Assembly: GCA_963705305.1 (NCBI GenBank)
Contig: OY970067.1
Span: 3,136,001 to 3,200,000, forward strand
Direction: 5' to 3'
DNA: 64,000 nt
DNA from: an uncultured Methylomirabilota bacterium
GTDB lineage: Bacteria; Methylomirabilota; Methylomirabilia; Methylomirabilales; 2-02-FULL-66-22
Shown here: positions 40,218 through 50,979 of the stretch, piece by piece
Layout of the letters: the number at the start of each line of letters is the position of its first letter
Position numbering within the stretch: position 1 is the stretch's first letter
The notes under the pieces: model-generated
Seen by the model: the letters and a program-made list of their open reading frames with translations, nothing else
The model's database searches: none
What the model was told of the DNA's origin: nothing
Made by a program: the position numbers and the translations under genes

Positions 40218-40970
40218 CTACTCGGTCCCCAGGTACGCTTCGATCACGGCCGGATTCCGCTGCACTTCCTCAGGCGTTCCGACGGCGATACATTTGCCAT
40301 AGTTCATGACATACACGGTTTCCGCCATGCCCATGACGATCTTCATATCGTGCTCGACCAGGAAGATGGTCTTGCCGCGCTCCCGGATCCGCACGATGAC
40401 ATCTCGTAGCTCGGCCTTCTCCCGCGCGTTCATCCCCGCCACCGGTTCGTCCAGCAGGAGGAGGTGCGGATCGCTGGCCAGCGCCCGCGCAATTTCAAGG
40501 CGCTTCTGCTCGCCGTACGGGAGATTCGCCGCACACTCGGAGGCCTTGAGCCCCAGGCCGACGAACTCGAGGATCTCGTGGGCCTTTTGCTCGATCTCCT
40601 GCTCTTCCCGGCGCTGCCGCGGCGTCCGCAGCAGGTTCCGGACAATCCCGCAGGTGGCGCGCGTATGGCGCCCGACGCGCACGTTGTCGAGAACGGTCAT
40701 CCCGCTGAATAGCCGAATGTTCTGATACGTCCTGGCGATTCCGATCGCGTTGATGCGGTGAGGCTTCATCCCGGCGATGTTCCGGTTCCGAAAGCGAATG
40801 GTCCCCGCCATGGGAGCGTAGACCCCACTGATCAAGTTGAAAGCGGTGGTTTTCCCGGCCCCATTTGGTCCGATCAGCGCGATGATGCTCTTCTCTGCGA
40901 CGCGGAGGGACAGCTGATCGACGGCGACAAGCCCCCCGAACCGCAGGACGACGCCTTCAAGGGTCAGCAC
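40218..40970 (-). CDS. livG: Branched-chain amino acid ABC transporter ATPase, LivG-type
   Basis: GPNGAGKT, LPYGEQKRLE and VIEAYLG. Confidence 0.92.
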   Translation of the reverse strand: MLTLEGVVLRFGGLVAVDQLSLRVAEKSIIALIGPNGAGKTTAFNLISGVYAPMAGTIRFRNRNIAGMKPHRINAIGIARTYQNIRLFSGMTVLDNVRVGRHTRATCGIVRNLLRTPRQRREEQEIEQKAHEILEFVGLGLKASECAANLPYGEQKRLEIARALASDPHLLLLDEPVAGMNAREKAELRDVIVRIRERGKTIFLVEHDMKIVMGMAETVYVMNYGKCIAVGTPEEVQRNPAVIEAYLGTE

Positions 40971-41944
40971 GGCTCGCTCCCCTGCCTCCGGAGGCCGGCC
41001 TTGAGGACCCGCAGTACGTCCAGCCCCCGAGAGATACCGCCCGGCACGTAGACAATGATGAGGAGGAGGAACACGCCGTAGGCCAGCGTCTGATAACTCT
41101 CAAGTTTCTGGAGAAACTCGGCGACGACAGAGAGGCCCGTCGCGCCGAGGATAGGGCCCCAGAAATTTCCCATCCCGCCGAAAAGAAGCATGGTGAGGAA
41201 AATGATGGATTGGTTCAGGACAAAGGTCTCCGGACTGATGAATCCGATCAGGTGGGCATAAAGGGCGCCGCCGATGCCCGCGTAGAAAGCGCTGACCGCA
41301 AAGGCCATGGTCTTGTATTTCGTCACGTTCACGCCCATGCCGTCGGCGGCGTGGGCATCCTCCCGGATGGCGATGAAGGCACGGCCGGTCCGGGACCCGA
41401 TCAAGCGTTGCTTGGCTATAAGCAGAAGGACCAAGGCGCCATAGACCAGATAGTAGTAGGCCGTGTTCGACTCGAAGACAAAATCGCCCACCCGAGGCCG
41501 CGGAATGAAATTAATCCCCGAGAAGCCTTCGGTGAGCCCCCGCGCCTGGGCGACGAACAGATATGTGAGCTGCCCGAAGGCGATGGTGACGAGCGCGAGG
41601 AAATGATGGACCAGCTTCACGGCCGGCAAGGCGAGGAGGATGGCCACCAGGGTCGCCAGAAGGCCCCCGACCACGATGGTCAGGAACACCGGCCACGCCA
41701 ATTTGAGCGAGAGGATCGCCGACGTATACGCACCGATACAATAGAACCCCGCATGGCCCAGGGAGATCTGGCCGGAATAGCCGAAGAGAATGTCCAGTCC
41801 CGCCACGACGATGATCGAGATGCCCGTCGTGCAGAGCAGCAGCACAAGATAGGAATCGGAGAGAAACATCAGAGGCAAGAGCGCGCCGAGCACCGTCAGG
41901 ATCGTCATGGCCCACGTGCGGCCGGGAAGGCTCCGACCAATCAT
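40964..41944 (-). CDS. livM: ABC permease, LivM-type
   Basis: GQISLGHAGF and GRAFIAIRED. Confidence 0.9.
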   Translation of the reverse strand: MIGRSLPGRTWAMTILTVLGALLPLMFLSDSYLVLLLCTTGISIIVVAGLDILFGYSGQISLGHAGFYCIGAYTSAILSLKLAWPVFLTIVVGGLLATLVAILLALPAVKLVHHFLALVTIAFGQLTYLFVAQARGLTEGFSGINFIPRPRVGDFVFESNTAYYYLVYGALVLLLIAKQRLIGSRTGRAFIAIREDAHAADGMGVNVTKYKTMAFAVSAFYAGIGGALYAHLIGFISPETFVLNQSIIFLTMLLFGGMGNFWGPILGATGLSVVAEFLQKLESYQTLAYGVFLLLIIVYVPGGISRGLDVLRVLKAGLRRQGSEPC

Positions 41945-41954
41945 GCGGCGGTCC

Positions 41955-42827
41955 TCACTCACCATACACCCCGGCCCTGAACAGACCACGGGGGAGGAAG
42001 ATCAGGAAGAGGATCAGGATGAAGAACGAAATGAAGTCTTTGTACATCGAAGAAATATATGCGGCCGTGAACGTTTCGATCCCGCCGAGGAGCAGCGAGC
42101 CCGCGATGGCGCCGTACATGTTGCCGTACCCTCCGATCACCGCGCCCGCGAACCCCTTCAGTCCGATCATGGTTCCCATCTGCGGACTGACGCCGTAGAT
42201 CGGCCCGATCAGCGTCCCGCCGATTCCCGCGAGCATGGACGCGATTCCCCACGTAATCCCGGTTGTCAGCGACACGTTGATGCTGACCGTCCTGGCCGCC
42301 ATCGGATCCTGCGCCGCCGCCCGCATTGCCGTACCGAGCCGGGTGCGCGTCATGAAAAAGTGGAACAGCAGCATCACGACGATGCCGATGACGATCGCCA
42401 TGATGGCCTCCGGCGGCACCATGAAGGCGCCAATCCGGATCCGATTGACCGCGAAAATCGACGGGAACTGGAAGACATTGCTCCCCCAGACGAGCATGGC
42501 GAAATTCTGGAGGATAATTGACATGGCGATTGTGGCCAGGACAATGAAGATGATGTTTGCCCCGGCCTGCACCAGCTTCCGTATGACAAGCCGCTCGACG
42601 AGGAGGCCGACGAGGTACATGAGCACCATGGTCAGCATCAGAGACACCACGAAGGGCAGCCTCGCATAGCGGTAGAACGTCAGACCCAGGAAGGCGCCGA
42701 GCATCAGGAGCTCGCCCTGCATAAAGGTCATCTGGCCGGACGCACTGTAGATCAGGCTGTACCCGAGCGCAATCAGCCCGTACACACTGCCGATGACGAG
42801 GGCCCCCACGAGCACCTGGAAGAACAC
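41955..42827 (-). CDS. livH: ABC permease, LivH-type
   Basis: YGLIALGYSLIY and GTAMRAAAQD. Confidence 0.9.
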   Translation of the reverse strand: MFFQVLVGALVIGSVYGLIALGYSLIYSASGQMTFMQGELLMLGAFLGLTFYRYARLPFVVSLMLTMVLMYLVGLLVERLVIRKLVQAGANIIFIVLATIAMSIILQNFAMLVWGSNVFQFPSIFAVNRIRIGAFMVPPEAIMAIVIGIVVMLLFHFFMTRTRLGTAMRAAAQDPMAARTVSINVSLTTGITWGIASMLAGIGGTLIGPIYGVSPQMGTMIGLKGFAGAVIGGYGNMYGAIAGSLLLGGIETFTAAYISSMYKDFISFFILILFLIFLPRGLFRAGVYGE

Positions 42828-42846
42828 TGGGCACGCTCCCGGTTCG

Positions 42847-42879
42847 GTCCGGCGGGGGCGGATTCAACCCCCGCCGGAC
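42847..42879. terminator. GC-rich intercistronic hairpin (attenuator or mRNA stabiliser)
   Basis: 12-bp stem GTCCGGCGGGGG / CCCCCGCCGGAC between the binding-protein gene and livH; no U tract. Confidence 0.5.
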
Positions 42880-42908
42880 GGTTCGACGGTTCTCGAGCTG
42901 AACGTCGG

Positions 42909-44060
42909 CTACTTGCCCATCGCTTTCAAATAGTCCGCCAGCAGGATGTCCTTGCCGTTCTTGATCGCGAACATGCGCGCCTCGTGGATGCCTTCGCCGT
43001 TGCCCCCGCGGAAATTGAATGTGCCGGCCAGGCCCTCGAACCCGGAGAGGTTGGCGAGTTGCTCGCGGACCGCCGGGCCGCTCACGGATTTCGCCCGCTT
43101 GAATGCCTCGGCGAACAGCTTGACGGCATCATACGTCCGGAGGGCCGTCTGGCTGTCCGGCATTTTGCCGAACTCGGAGACGAACGCCTTGAAGAAGGCC
43201 CGGTGCATGGGGTTGATAGCCTCTTCTGGTCTCGAAGGGATCACATAGGAGGCGCCGAAGACGGCGCCGTCGGCATCTTTGCCCGCCACCTCCTTCACGG
43301 AGGGGACGCTCAGACTCTCGGGACCGAAGACGAGGCCGGTAAAGCCGTTGAGCCGCGCCTGCTTCATGATCGGCCCCTCATCCGCATCCACCCCGAACGC
43401 GATCAACGCGTCGATCTTGCTGTTGATGAGCTTCGTGAGCTGCCCGGTAAAGTCGGTGTCGCCCGGGTTGAACCATTCGCTCACGAGCTGAATGCCGTAC
43501 TTGTCGAGCTGCTGCTTGATATCGTCCAGCCCGCTCTTTCCATATTCGTCTGCGCGACCCAGCGCCCCGATTTTCGTGTATTTGAGTTCGCTGATCGTCC
43601 TGGCGATCTGGATGTTAATCAGGTTCGTGTTCGCCAGAGGGCGGAAGAGGTAGGTGTACCCCTTCTGCAGCCAGACAGGGCTCGTCCCGATCCCGATCTC
43701 GGGAATCTTCGCCCTCTCGACGACCGGCGCGGAGGCGAGGATGTTCCCCGAGTGGAGCGAGCCAACGATACAGTTGACCTTGTCGGATGTGATCATTCGG
43801 GTGACCGCCTTCACCGCTTCTTCGGGAGACGATTTGTCGTCGTACGCGATCATAGACAGCTTCTGCCCGAGCACTCCGCCCTGCGCGTTGACCTGCTTGA
43901 TTGCCAGATCGGCGCCCTGCTGGGAGGCGATGCCCGAGAGCGACATGGGGCCCGTGAGCGGTCCGTAGAGCCCGACCTTGATCACCTGTTGAGCAGACGC
44001 GGGCGCCGCCGCCAGCATCCCCAGGCACATCCACAAAAGAATGCTTCGCTTCTTGGACAT
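42909..44060 (-). CDS. ABC substrate-binding protein (LivJ/K type I)
   Basis: Signal peptide, IKVGLYGPLTG, DDKS and GDTDFTGQL. Confidence 0.9.
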   Translation of the reverse strand: MSKKRSILLWMCLGMLAAAPASAQQVIKVGLYGPLTGPMSLSGIASQQGADLAIKQVNAQGGVLGQKLSMIAYDDKSSPEEAVKAVTRMITSDKVNCIVGSLHSGNILASAPVVERAKIPEIGIGTSPVWLQKGYTYLFRPLANTNLINIQIARTISELKYTKIGALGRADEYGKSGLDDIKQQLDKYGIQLVSEWFNPGDTDFTGQLTKLINSKIDALIAFGVDADEGPIMKQARLNGFTGLVFGPESLSVPSVKEVAGKDADGAVFGASYVIPSRPEEAINPMHRAFFKAFVSEFGKMPDSQTALRTYDAVKLFAEAFKRAKSVSGPAVREQLANLSGFEGLAGTFNFRGGNGEGIHEARMFAIKNGKDILLADYLKAMGK

Positions 44061-44646
44061 CGCTTCCTCCTCTGTGAGGGCGTGATAAAGAACGGGGCAC
44101 CGCGCACACGGGCATCGGTGCCAAACAATCGGGGCCAACGTATCGCTTGCCCGCTCCGAATGTCAAGGTGCTCCCTAGCGTTGTCGGGGAGACATGATTA
44201 ATTGCGGGAGGGACGAGACCCGTCGTGTTCTCCGGATTTCGGAGGTCCGCGGGACCCTGCTGGACTGGGGGTGGGATTGGCTGCCGCAGAGAATCGGGGC
44301 CGGGCTGCCTCAGCCGCGCACCGCATATCGCAGCGCGGCCGCCCTGACGCCCGGGACTTGGGCCGGCCTGTGCCGGCCGCCGGTAGTGCGCAGAAGCCGA
44401 CAACTGTCCGGGCGTATCTTGCTATTTTCCCCCCGGAGCTATAAGAGTAAGCGCCTGTGAAGGACCGCCCGCAACCATCGGGCGCATTCTCCCCGTTGCA
44501 GAAAGGAGGCAGGGGCGTTCCGGGGAGCCCCGGGGGCGAAGCAGGTCCAGGCCGCGGATTCGAGTGGTTCGCATCGGTCACCGGAGACTCTGTCGGCGGA
44601 AAGAGCTTCTGCCGGTGAAGTACCTGACCCTCATGGAGGATCGATA

Positions 44647-45777
44647 ATGCGTGCGCTACGGTCGCTGGCCATCTTGGCCGCAGTTCTGCTGGTATCATCG
44701 GGTCTTGCGTGGGCGGCAGACAACGAGATCCGGATCGGGATTGGCATCTCGACCACCGGCACCTTCTCCGCGGAGGCCCCCTACTACCAGAATGAAGCTC
44801 GTCTGTTCGAAAAGCAGATCAACCAGAACGGGGGTCTCAACGGGAAGAAGGTGCGGGTCATCATCATCGACAACCAGTCGACCAACCCCGGCGCCCTCAA
44901 CGCCCTGAACAAGGCCGTGGAGCAGGACAAGGTCCTCGCCTTTATCGGGCCGGTGAAGAGCACGCAAATCTTGGCCATGTCCGACGCCGTGAAGGCCTTC
45001 GGTATCCCCATGATGGTTGGGGGGACCAACGTCACGATCACCAAGCAGGGCAACCCGTGGCTCTTCCGCTGCCGGGTGAACGACGGCATCGTGGCGGCCA
45101 TCCTGGTCAAGTACATCCGGGACGAGATGAAGCTGTCCAAGATCGGCGTCGTCTACTCGAATGAGGCGTTCGGGGCGGGCGGGGCTGACGCCATCGACCA
45201 GTACGCCAAGCAGCTCGGCCTCACGCTGGTCGCCCGGGAGCGCTTCAACCTGGGCGACCGGGACTTCACGGCTCAGCTCCTGAGCCTGAAGAAGGCGGGG
45301 GCCCAGGTGATGGTCCCGTACAGCGCGGGCACCGACGAGTTCGCCCGCATCATCGTGCAGTATCGCCAGCTCGGCTCGCCGTACAAGTACATCGGCCCGC
45401 CCGCGATCGCCCAGAAACCGGTCCTGGACCTCGCCCGCGAGGCGGCGGAGGGCCTGATGGGGTTCGTGGACTCGGTGCCTGGGATGAACCCGACCAACCG
45501 GAAGTTCGTCGAGGCCTACCGGCAGGAGTTCCACGCGGAGCCCGACACCCAAGCCCCCTGGACCTACGATGCCTTGAATCTGCTCGCCACGGCCATCCGG
45601 AAGGGCGGGGAAGACCGGGCCAAGATCCGGGAAGCCCTCCTGACGACCAAGGGGGTGGAGGGCGTCCTCGGGACCTACAACTTCACGCCCGATGGCGAAG
45701 GGCTCTATGGGGGGCCAATCGCGATCATCAAAGAGGGCAAGCCTCAGCTCGTGAAGATGGTCAGCGTGAACAACTAG
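44647..45777 (+). CDS. ABC substrate-binding protein (LivJ/K type I), divergently transcribed
   Basis: Signal peptide, INQNGGLNGKK, DRDFTAQL and YDA. Confidence 0.88.
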   Translation: MRALRSLAILAAVLLVSSGLAWAADNEIRIGIGISTTGTFSAEAPYYQNEARLFEKQINQNGGLNGKKVRVIIIDNQSTNPGALNALNKAVEQDKVLAFIGPVKSTQILAMSDAVKAFGIPMMVGGTNVTITKQGNPWLFRCRVNDGIVAAILVKYIRDEMKLSKIGVVYSNEAFGAGGADAIDQYAKQLGLTLVARERFNLGDRDFTAQLLSLKKAGAQVMVPYSAGTDEFARIIVQYRQLGSPYKYIGPPAIAQKPVLDLAREAAEGLMGFVDSVPGMNPTNRKFVEAYRQEFHAEPDTQAPWTYDALNLLATAIRKGGEDRAKIREALLTTKGVEGVLGTYNFTPDGEGLYGGPIAIIKEGKPQLVKMVSVNN

Positions 45778-45888
45778 CCGGCGGCCACCCACCGCCGACC
45801 GGGCGAGGTATTCGGGGACGGTCAGTCGAGGCTGGGGGGGCGGAGGTTCGCGCCCCCAGCCTTCTTCACCCATGCGGAGTGGTCGCCG

Positions 45889-46212
45889 ATGGAACCACCA
45901 CGGTCCCCCTCTTCTCCTTCATGCACGCGCTTGCTTCCTGATGACCTGGAAGGACTCCTGCAAGATCTGTGCAGGCCGTTCTCGCGCGCCCAGCGAAGGG
46001 CGGAAGAGCGCCTCGTCCGCATGGGAGAGGCGGTGGTCGAGCCCGTCGCCGCGCTCCTTTTCTCCGGATCTTCCGACGCGTTCACGCGGGGCGTGGCCCT
46101 CCGGGTGTTGGAGAGGGTCGGCACCCCGCCGGTGATCCCCCATATGCTTCGAGCGGTCCGGGAGGCGCGGGACGGCGCTTTCTCGTTGACGCCGGGCCGC
46201 CGTCCGTGCTAA
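45889..46212 (+). CDS. Short HEAT/PBS-repeat-like protein
   Basis: [16 protein letters not shown]...ALRVLERVG helical repeat pattern. Confidence 0.4.
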   Translation: MEPPRSPSSPSCTRLLPDDLEGLLQDLCRPFSRAQRRAEERLVRMGEAVVEPVAALLFSGSSDAFTRGVALRVLERVGTPPVIPHMLRAVREARDGAFSLTPGRRPC

Positions 46213-46264
46213 CAAACAATCCGGGCGCGAATTCCCGCCCTCCCTGGCAGCCGGGAGACGACCC

Positions 46265-47797
46265 ATGCTTGCCAAGGTGCTCTCCAGCGCCGTGCTCGGG
46301 GTGGACGCCTACCTGGTAGGCGTCGAGGTGGACATTGCCCTGGGGCTGCCCACCTTCAACACCGTTGGTCTGCCCGACGTGGCGGTCAAAGAGAGCCGCG
46401 ACCGGGTGAAGGCCGCCATCAAGAACTCCGGCTTCGAATTTCCCGCCAAGCGCATCACGGTCAATCTGGCTCCGGCCGACATCAAGAAGGAGGGGGCGGC
46501 CTTCGATCTGCCCACGGCCGTGGGCATCCTGGCCGCCCAGGACCTGGTGCGGCCGGATCGGCTGGGACGGCTGGCCATCGTGGGGGAGCTTTCCTTGGAT
46601 GGGTCCGTGCGCCCGGTCCGGGGGGTCCTGTCCATCGCGGTTGCCGCCCAGGAGGCGGCCCTGGCGGGTGTCATCGTCCCGGGGGAAAATGCCGAGGAAG
46701 CCGCCGTGGTGGACGGCCTGGAGGTGTACGGGGTCCACAGTCTCCAGCATGCTCTGGCCCTGCTGAACGGCGAGCAGGCGCTGGCCCCCACCTGCATCGA
46801 CCTGGAGGCTGCCTTTTCCCGGTCGGCCGAGTACGATGTGGATTTCAGCGACGTCAAGGGCCAGGAGCACGCCAAGCGCGCCCTGGAAGTGGCGGCGGCC
46901 GGCGGCCACAACATCCTCCTCATCGGGCCGCCGGGGGCCGGGAAGACCATGCTGGCCCGGCGGCTGCCCACCATTCTGCCGAATCTCTCCCTGGAGGAGG
47001 CCATCTCCACCACCAAGGTCCATTCGATCTGCGGCCTGCTCCCGTCCCGCCAGGCGCTCCTCGCCACCCGTCCGTTCCGTGCTCCGCACCACACCATCTC
47101 GGATGCGGGCCTGATCGGCGGCGGGAACATTCCCCGGCCCGGGGAGGTCAGCCTGGCCCACCACGGCGTCCTGTTCCTGGACGAGCTGCCGGAGTTCAAG
47201 CGCCACGTGCTGGAGGTGCTGCGGCAGCCGCTGGAAGACGGCCAGGTCACCATCGCGCGCGCCCTCTCCTCCCTGACCTACCCGGCTCGGTTCATGCTGG
47301 CCGCCGCGATGAATCCATGCCCGTGCGGCTTCGCCACGGATCCCACCAAGGAATGCTCCTGCACCCCGCTCCAGATCCAGCGCTACTTGGCGCGCATCTC
47401 GGGTCCGCTGCTGGATCGTATCGATATCCATATCGACGTGCCGCCGCTCAAGCACCGCGAGCTCGTCGGCGAGCCGGCGGCCGAGCCGTCGGTCCAGATC
47501 CGCGAGCGCGTCCGCCGCGCCCGCCAGATTCAGCAGGAGCGGTTCCGTCGGAGCAAAGTCTTCTGCAACGCCCACATGAGCACCCGCCAGATCCGCAAGA
47601 CCTGCCAGGTGGAGGGGGAGGCGCGGAGCCTCCTGGAGACGGCCATGGACCGGTTGGGCCTGTCGGCCCGGGCCTATGACCGGATCCTCAAAGTGGCACG
47701 GACCGTCGCCGATCTCGAGGCGGCGGAGAATATCCAACCCGAGCACATCGCCGAGGCCATCCAGTATCGATCGCTGGACCGCGGGTCGCGGCGATAG
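46265..47797 (+). CDS. comM: YifB/ComM Mg-chelatase-like AAA ATPase
   Basis: [31 protein letters not shown] and SGPLLDRID. Confidence 0.95.
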   Translation: MLAKVLSSAVLGVDAYLVGVEVDIALGLPTFNTVGLPDVAVKESRDRVKAAIKNSGFEFPAKRITVNLAPADIKKEGAAFDLPTAVGILAAQDLVRPDRLGRLAIVGELSLDGSVRPVRGVLSIAVAAQEAALAGVIVPGENAEEAAVVDGLEVYGVHSLQHALALLNGEQALAPTCIDLEAAFSRSAEYDVDFSDVKGQEHAKRALEVAAAGGHNILLIGPPGAGKTMLARRLPTILPNLSLEEAISTTKVHSICGLLPSRQALLATRPFRAPHHTISDAGLIGGGNIPRPGEVSLAHHGVLFLDELPEFKRHVLEVLRQPLEDGQVTIARALSSLTYPARFMLAAAMNPCPCGFATDPTKECSCTPLQIQRYLARISGPLLDRIDIHIDVPPLKHRELVGEPAAEPSVQIRERVRRARQIQQERFRRSKVFCNAHMSTRQIRKTCQVEGEARSLLETAMDRLGLSARAYDRILKVARTVADLEAAENIQPEHIAEAIQYRSLDRGSRR

Positions 47798-47863
47798 GGG
47801 AGGGCGGCGGTTGGCTTCCGCGGGCGCGGGGCCACTTGCCGCCACGGAGAGGAGGACCCTCAG

Positions 47864-48256
47864 ATGCCGAAAGTGACGCAGCTCGTTCTGAACCTCCAGA
47901 GCAAACCCGGGGTGCTGGCGACCGTGTGCGGGATCCTCAGCCAGGCGGGGATCAACGTCGAAGGGATGTGGGCGTCGGACACCGGTGCCAGCCGGGGGAA
48001 GATCCGCCTGCTGGTTGCCGACACGGCGGCGGCCGAGGCGGCCCTCCGGGCCGCCAAGTTCCGTTGCGCCCGCGAGGAGGCGGTCTCTCTCGACCTGGAA
48101 AACCGGCCGGGGACACTGGCGGAGGCGGCGCGGCAACTGGCGCAGGCCAAGGTTAACATCAAGTGCGCCTACGCCACGACGGAGGGGGTCGGGAGGGCGC
48201 GAGTCATCCTCACCGTCTCCAACATCCAGAAGGCGATGAGGGCACTGGGCGGATAA
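47864..48256 (+). CDS. Tandem ACT-domain protein
   Basis: KPGVLA..GINV and NRPGTLA..VNI. Confidence 0.85.
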   Translation: MPKVTQLVLNLQSKPGVLATVCGILSQAGINVEGMWASDTGASRGKIRLLVADTAAAEAALRAAKFRCAREEAVSLDLENRPGTLAEAARQLAQAKVNIKCAYATTEGVGRARVILTVSNIQKAMRALGG

Positions 48257-48371
48257 CGCGAGGCGGGTCCGGCGTCGAGGGCTCGTTCGGGCGGTCCGGG
48301 AATTCTTGCGGCAGCCGAAGGGGGGAGTCCGCGCCGGTGCAGGCCGCCAGCGGGGGCACCCGAGGGGAGCG

Positions 48372-48737
48372 ATGATTTCACAGGATCGGGAGAGAGAGCC
48401 GCGTGAGTTTCCCCGCTATCCGGCGATGATCCCGGTCCGCCTGGAGGTGCTCCACGCCTGGGAGGGCACCGCCTTCAGCGTCCTCTCGGGCTCCCTGTTC
48501 AATCTCAGCCGCGGTGGAGCGGGGCTTCGCCTGATGCGGGTATTGCCGCCGCGGACCAAGATTGTTATTTTCGTGCCGGCCGGGCCGGAGGGGCTCCGCC
48601 TGAGGGGGATAATTGTCTGGACCAGCGTGGTTCCCGGCCTGGGTCACGAGCCGGTGAGCTATGGGGTGCGGTGGTTCGAATCCCTCTCGCGTCCAGTGTT
48701 GGATATGCTCTCGCCGTTCTGCGGCGCCTCGGCGTGA
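48372..48737 (+). CDS. PilZ domain protein
   Basis: RxxxR (REFPR) and NLSRGG motifs. Confidence 0.8.
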   Translation: MISQDREREPREFPRYPAMIPVRLEVLHAWEGTAFSVLSGSLFNLSRGGAGLRLMRVLPPRTKIVIFVPAGPEGLRLRGIIVWTSVVPGLGHEPVSYGVRWFESLSRPVLDMLSPFCGASA

Positions 48738-48873
48738 CCCGAGCCGGCGCCGGGTCCCCCCTCGGAGACCGGGTGCGGCCAAGCGGGACAGCGGGCGGAC
48801 AGCCGCAGGCCGACAACCCCGCCGCTGAATTTTCCTTGCAGGCTGGCTCCCCCTCGAATACAGTCGTCTCGCC

Positions 48874-49380
48874 ATGTCCCCATCCACAGGGAAAGACAAG
48901 CGATCGGTCGCGCAGGGCGCGAGGACCCTGGCCGCAAACCGCAAGGCCCGCTACGATTACCACATCGAGGAGACCTACGAGGCGGGAATCGCCCTGCTGG
49001 GCAGCGAGGTAAAGTCCGTCCGGCAGGGTCGGGCCAACCTGCGTGACAGCTATGCCGCCTTCGAGCGGGGCGAGCTGGTCCTCTACAACTGCCACATCAG
49101 CCCGTACGAGTCGGCCGGCCAGTTCAACCCGGATCCGCTGCGCCCCCGCAAGCTCTTGATGCACCGGGAGGAGATTCAGCGGTTGATCGGAAAGGTCGAG
49201 GAGAAGGGCCGGACCCTCGTCCCGCTGAGCCTGTACCTGAGAGGGCCGCACGTGAAAGTGGGGCTGGCCTTAGCCCGTGGGAAGCGAGAATACGACCGCC
49301 GTGAGGATATCAAAGAGCGGGAAGCGGACCGGGAAGTGGCCAGAGCTTCCCGCGGCCGCGCCAACCGGGGCGAGGGCTGA
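48874..49380 (+). CDS. smpB: SsrA-binding protein
   Basis: [26 protein letters not shown] and GKREYD. Confidence 0.97.
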   Translation: MSPSTGKDKRSVAQGARTLAANRKARYDYHIEETYEAGIALLGSEVKSVRQGRANLRDSYAAFERGELVLYNCHISPYESAGQFNPDPLRPRKLLMHREEIQRLIGKVEEKGRTLVPLSLYLRGPHVKVGLALARGKREYDRREDIKEREADREVARASRGRANRGEG

Positions 49381-49463
49381 CGGCGCCTGACAAAGGCCCG
49401 GCAGTGTGGTAAGATACCTTCACGGATGACCTTTCACTCATGATGTTTTCAAAGGAGGTTCTC

Positions 49464-50363
49464 ATGGCGACACGTGTGCCCTCGATGGCTGGTATCTTCC
49501 CTCCCATCCCGACGCCGTTCGACGAGGCGGGGGAGTTGAACCTGAAAGCCCTGGCGGCGAACTTCGAGAAATGGAACCGGTTCCCGCTGGCCGGATACGT
49601 GGTCCTGGGGAGCAACGGCGAGATGCCGTACCTCAGCGAGACGGAAAAGCTGACCATTTTCGAGGCGGCCCGGAAGCATATCCCCTCGGGGAAGCTGTTC
49701 ATGGCCGGCTGCGGATGCGAGTCCACGCACAGCACGATCGCGCTAACCAAGAAGGCGGCGGGGCTGGGGGCCGACGTGGCGCTGTTCATCAACCCGAGCT
49801 ACTACAAGTCCAAAATGGACAACGCCGGCCTGACCGACTACTACACACGGGTGGCGGATGCCTCACCCATTCCCATCAGCGTGTACAACATGCCGGGCAA
49901 TACCGGCGTGGACATGTCGGCCGAGCTGGTCATCAAGCTGTCCCAGCACCCTAACATCGCCGGGGTGAAGGACAGCAGCGGCAATGTGGCCAAGATGGGC
50001 CAGATCATTCGATCGGCCCGGCCCGGATTCCAGGTGCTGGCGGGCTCGGCCGGATTCCTCTATCCGGCCCTGTGCATCGGGGCGATCGGCGGGGTGCTGG
50101 CGCTGGCCAACATCGCGCCGCAGCAATGCTGCGATATCCTGAACTTCTTCCAGCATGGCAAGCATGAGGACGCCAAAGACTTGCAGCTGCGCATGATCGC
50201 CGCGAACGCCGCCGTGACGGCCCAGTTCGGTGTTCCGGGGCTCAAGGCTGCCATGGAGATGGTGGGGTTCTACGGCGGCAATCCGCGCAGCCCGATGCTC
50301 CCCCTGAATGACGAGCAGAAGGGCAAGCTGCGCGGAATCCTCAAGGAGGCCGGGATCATCTGA
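49464..50363 (+). CDS. DHDPS-family aldolase (4-hydroxy-2-oxoglutarate aldolase-like)
   Basis: GIFPPIPTPF, GSNGE, YNMP and GVKDSSG; RBS AAGGAGG. Confidence 0.85.
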   Translation: MATRVPSMAGIFPPIPTPFDEAGELNLKALAANFEKWNRFPLAGYVVLGSNGEMPYLSETEKLTIFEAARKHIPSGKLFMAGCGCESTHSTIALTKKAAGLGADVALFINPSYYKSKMDNAGLTDYYTRVADASPIPISVYNMPGNTGVDMSAELVIKLSQHPNIAGVKDSSGNVAKMGQIIRSARPGFQVLAGSAGFLYPALCIGAIGGVLALANIAPQQCCDILNFFQHGKHEDAKDLQLRMIAANAAVTAQFGVPGLKAAMEMVGFYGGNPRSPMLPLNDEQKGKLRGILKEAGII

Positions 50364-50371
50364 CACCTGAC

Positions 50372-50443
50372 ATCAGCAGTCAGCGTTCAGCAATCAGCAG
50401 TCAGCGAAGGCAGCTGAGCGCTGACCGCTGAAAGCTGATGGCT
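50372..50443. repeat. Palindromic heptamer repeat array (TCAGCNN ... NNGCTGA)
   Basis: TCAGCAG TCAGCGT TCAGCAA TCAGCAG TCAGC, loop, GCTGA GCGCTGA CCGCTGA AAGCTGA. Confidence 0.7.
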
Positions 50444-50449
50444 CAAGAA

Positions 50450-50800
50450 GGGGGTGCAACGGTTTCGACGGGGACAAGGGGATAAAGGTGGCGTGCCGAG
50501 TCCCCACCGGCTCGTAAAAGGTGGGAAAAAGACAACTGCCAATTCCGAATTGGCCCTCGCTGCCTAACTAGCAGCAACGTCCTCCTCGCTTTGCCTGCCG
50601 GGCGGGATCAGGGCGTCATACAGGTAGGCTAAGCCGGCCGGTCCCGGCCCGGGGCCGGTCGGACGAAAACCAATGGGCTGGCTGTCGAGAACCCCGCCGG
50701 GGGGGTCCCTTGACGGCGAGACACAAACCGCCGGCTACGCACGTAGATGCCTTTATTGACAGGTTCTCGGACGGGGGTTCGACTCCCCCCACCTCCACCA
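50450..50800 (+). ncRNA. ssrA: tmRNA; tag peptide (A)ANSELALAA
   Basis: 5' GGGGGTG pairs with CACCTCC-ACCA; T-arm GGTTCGACTCC; tag ORF at 50538-50567; smpB nearby. Confidence 0.96.
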
Positions 50801-50832
50801 GAAGGCAATCCTAGGACATCCTAGGAAAGATG

Positions 50833-50865
50833 AAACCCGTTGATTCTAGCGGGTTTTTTCTTTTT
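50833..50865 (+). terminator. Rho-independent terminator after ssrA
   Basis: AAACCCGTTG-ATTC-TAGCGGGTTT followed by a T tract. Confidence 0.75.
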
Positions 50866-50902
50866 ATTCGTCCAGGTATGTGCTACAGAGTATAGCAGCA
50901 TC

Positions 50903-50961
50903 TGGGGTACTTTGGGGTACATTTCGGCTAAATGTACCCCCACGGAGATGCTACTACCCCC
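50903..50961. promoter_or_regulatory. Putative integrase arm-type binding sites
   Basis: TGGGGTAC twice in direct orientation plus inverted GTACCCCCA and TACCCCCA upstream of the integrase. Confidence 0.55.
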
Positions 50962-50979
50962 AAAATGGAGGAGAGGCCT

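Noticed and set aside
44440..44640. Riboswitch in the leader of the second binding-protein gene
   Set aside because: Hairpins are possible, but I could not match glycine, SAM, TPP or cobalamin consensus cores; an Rfam scan would decide
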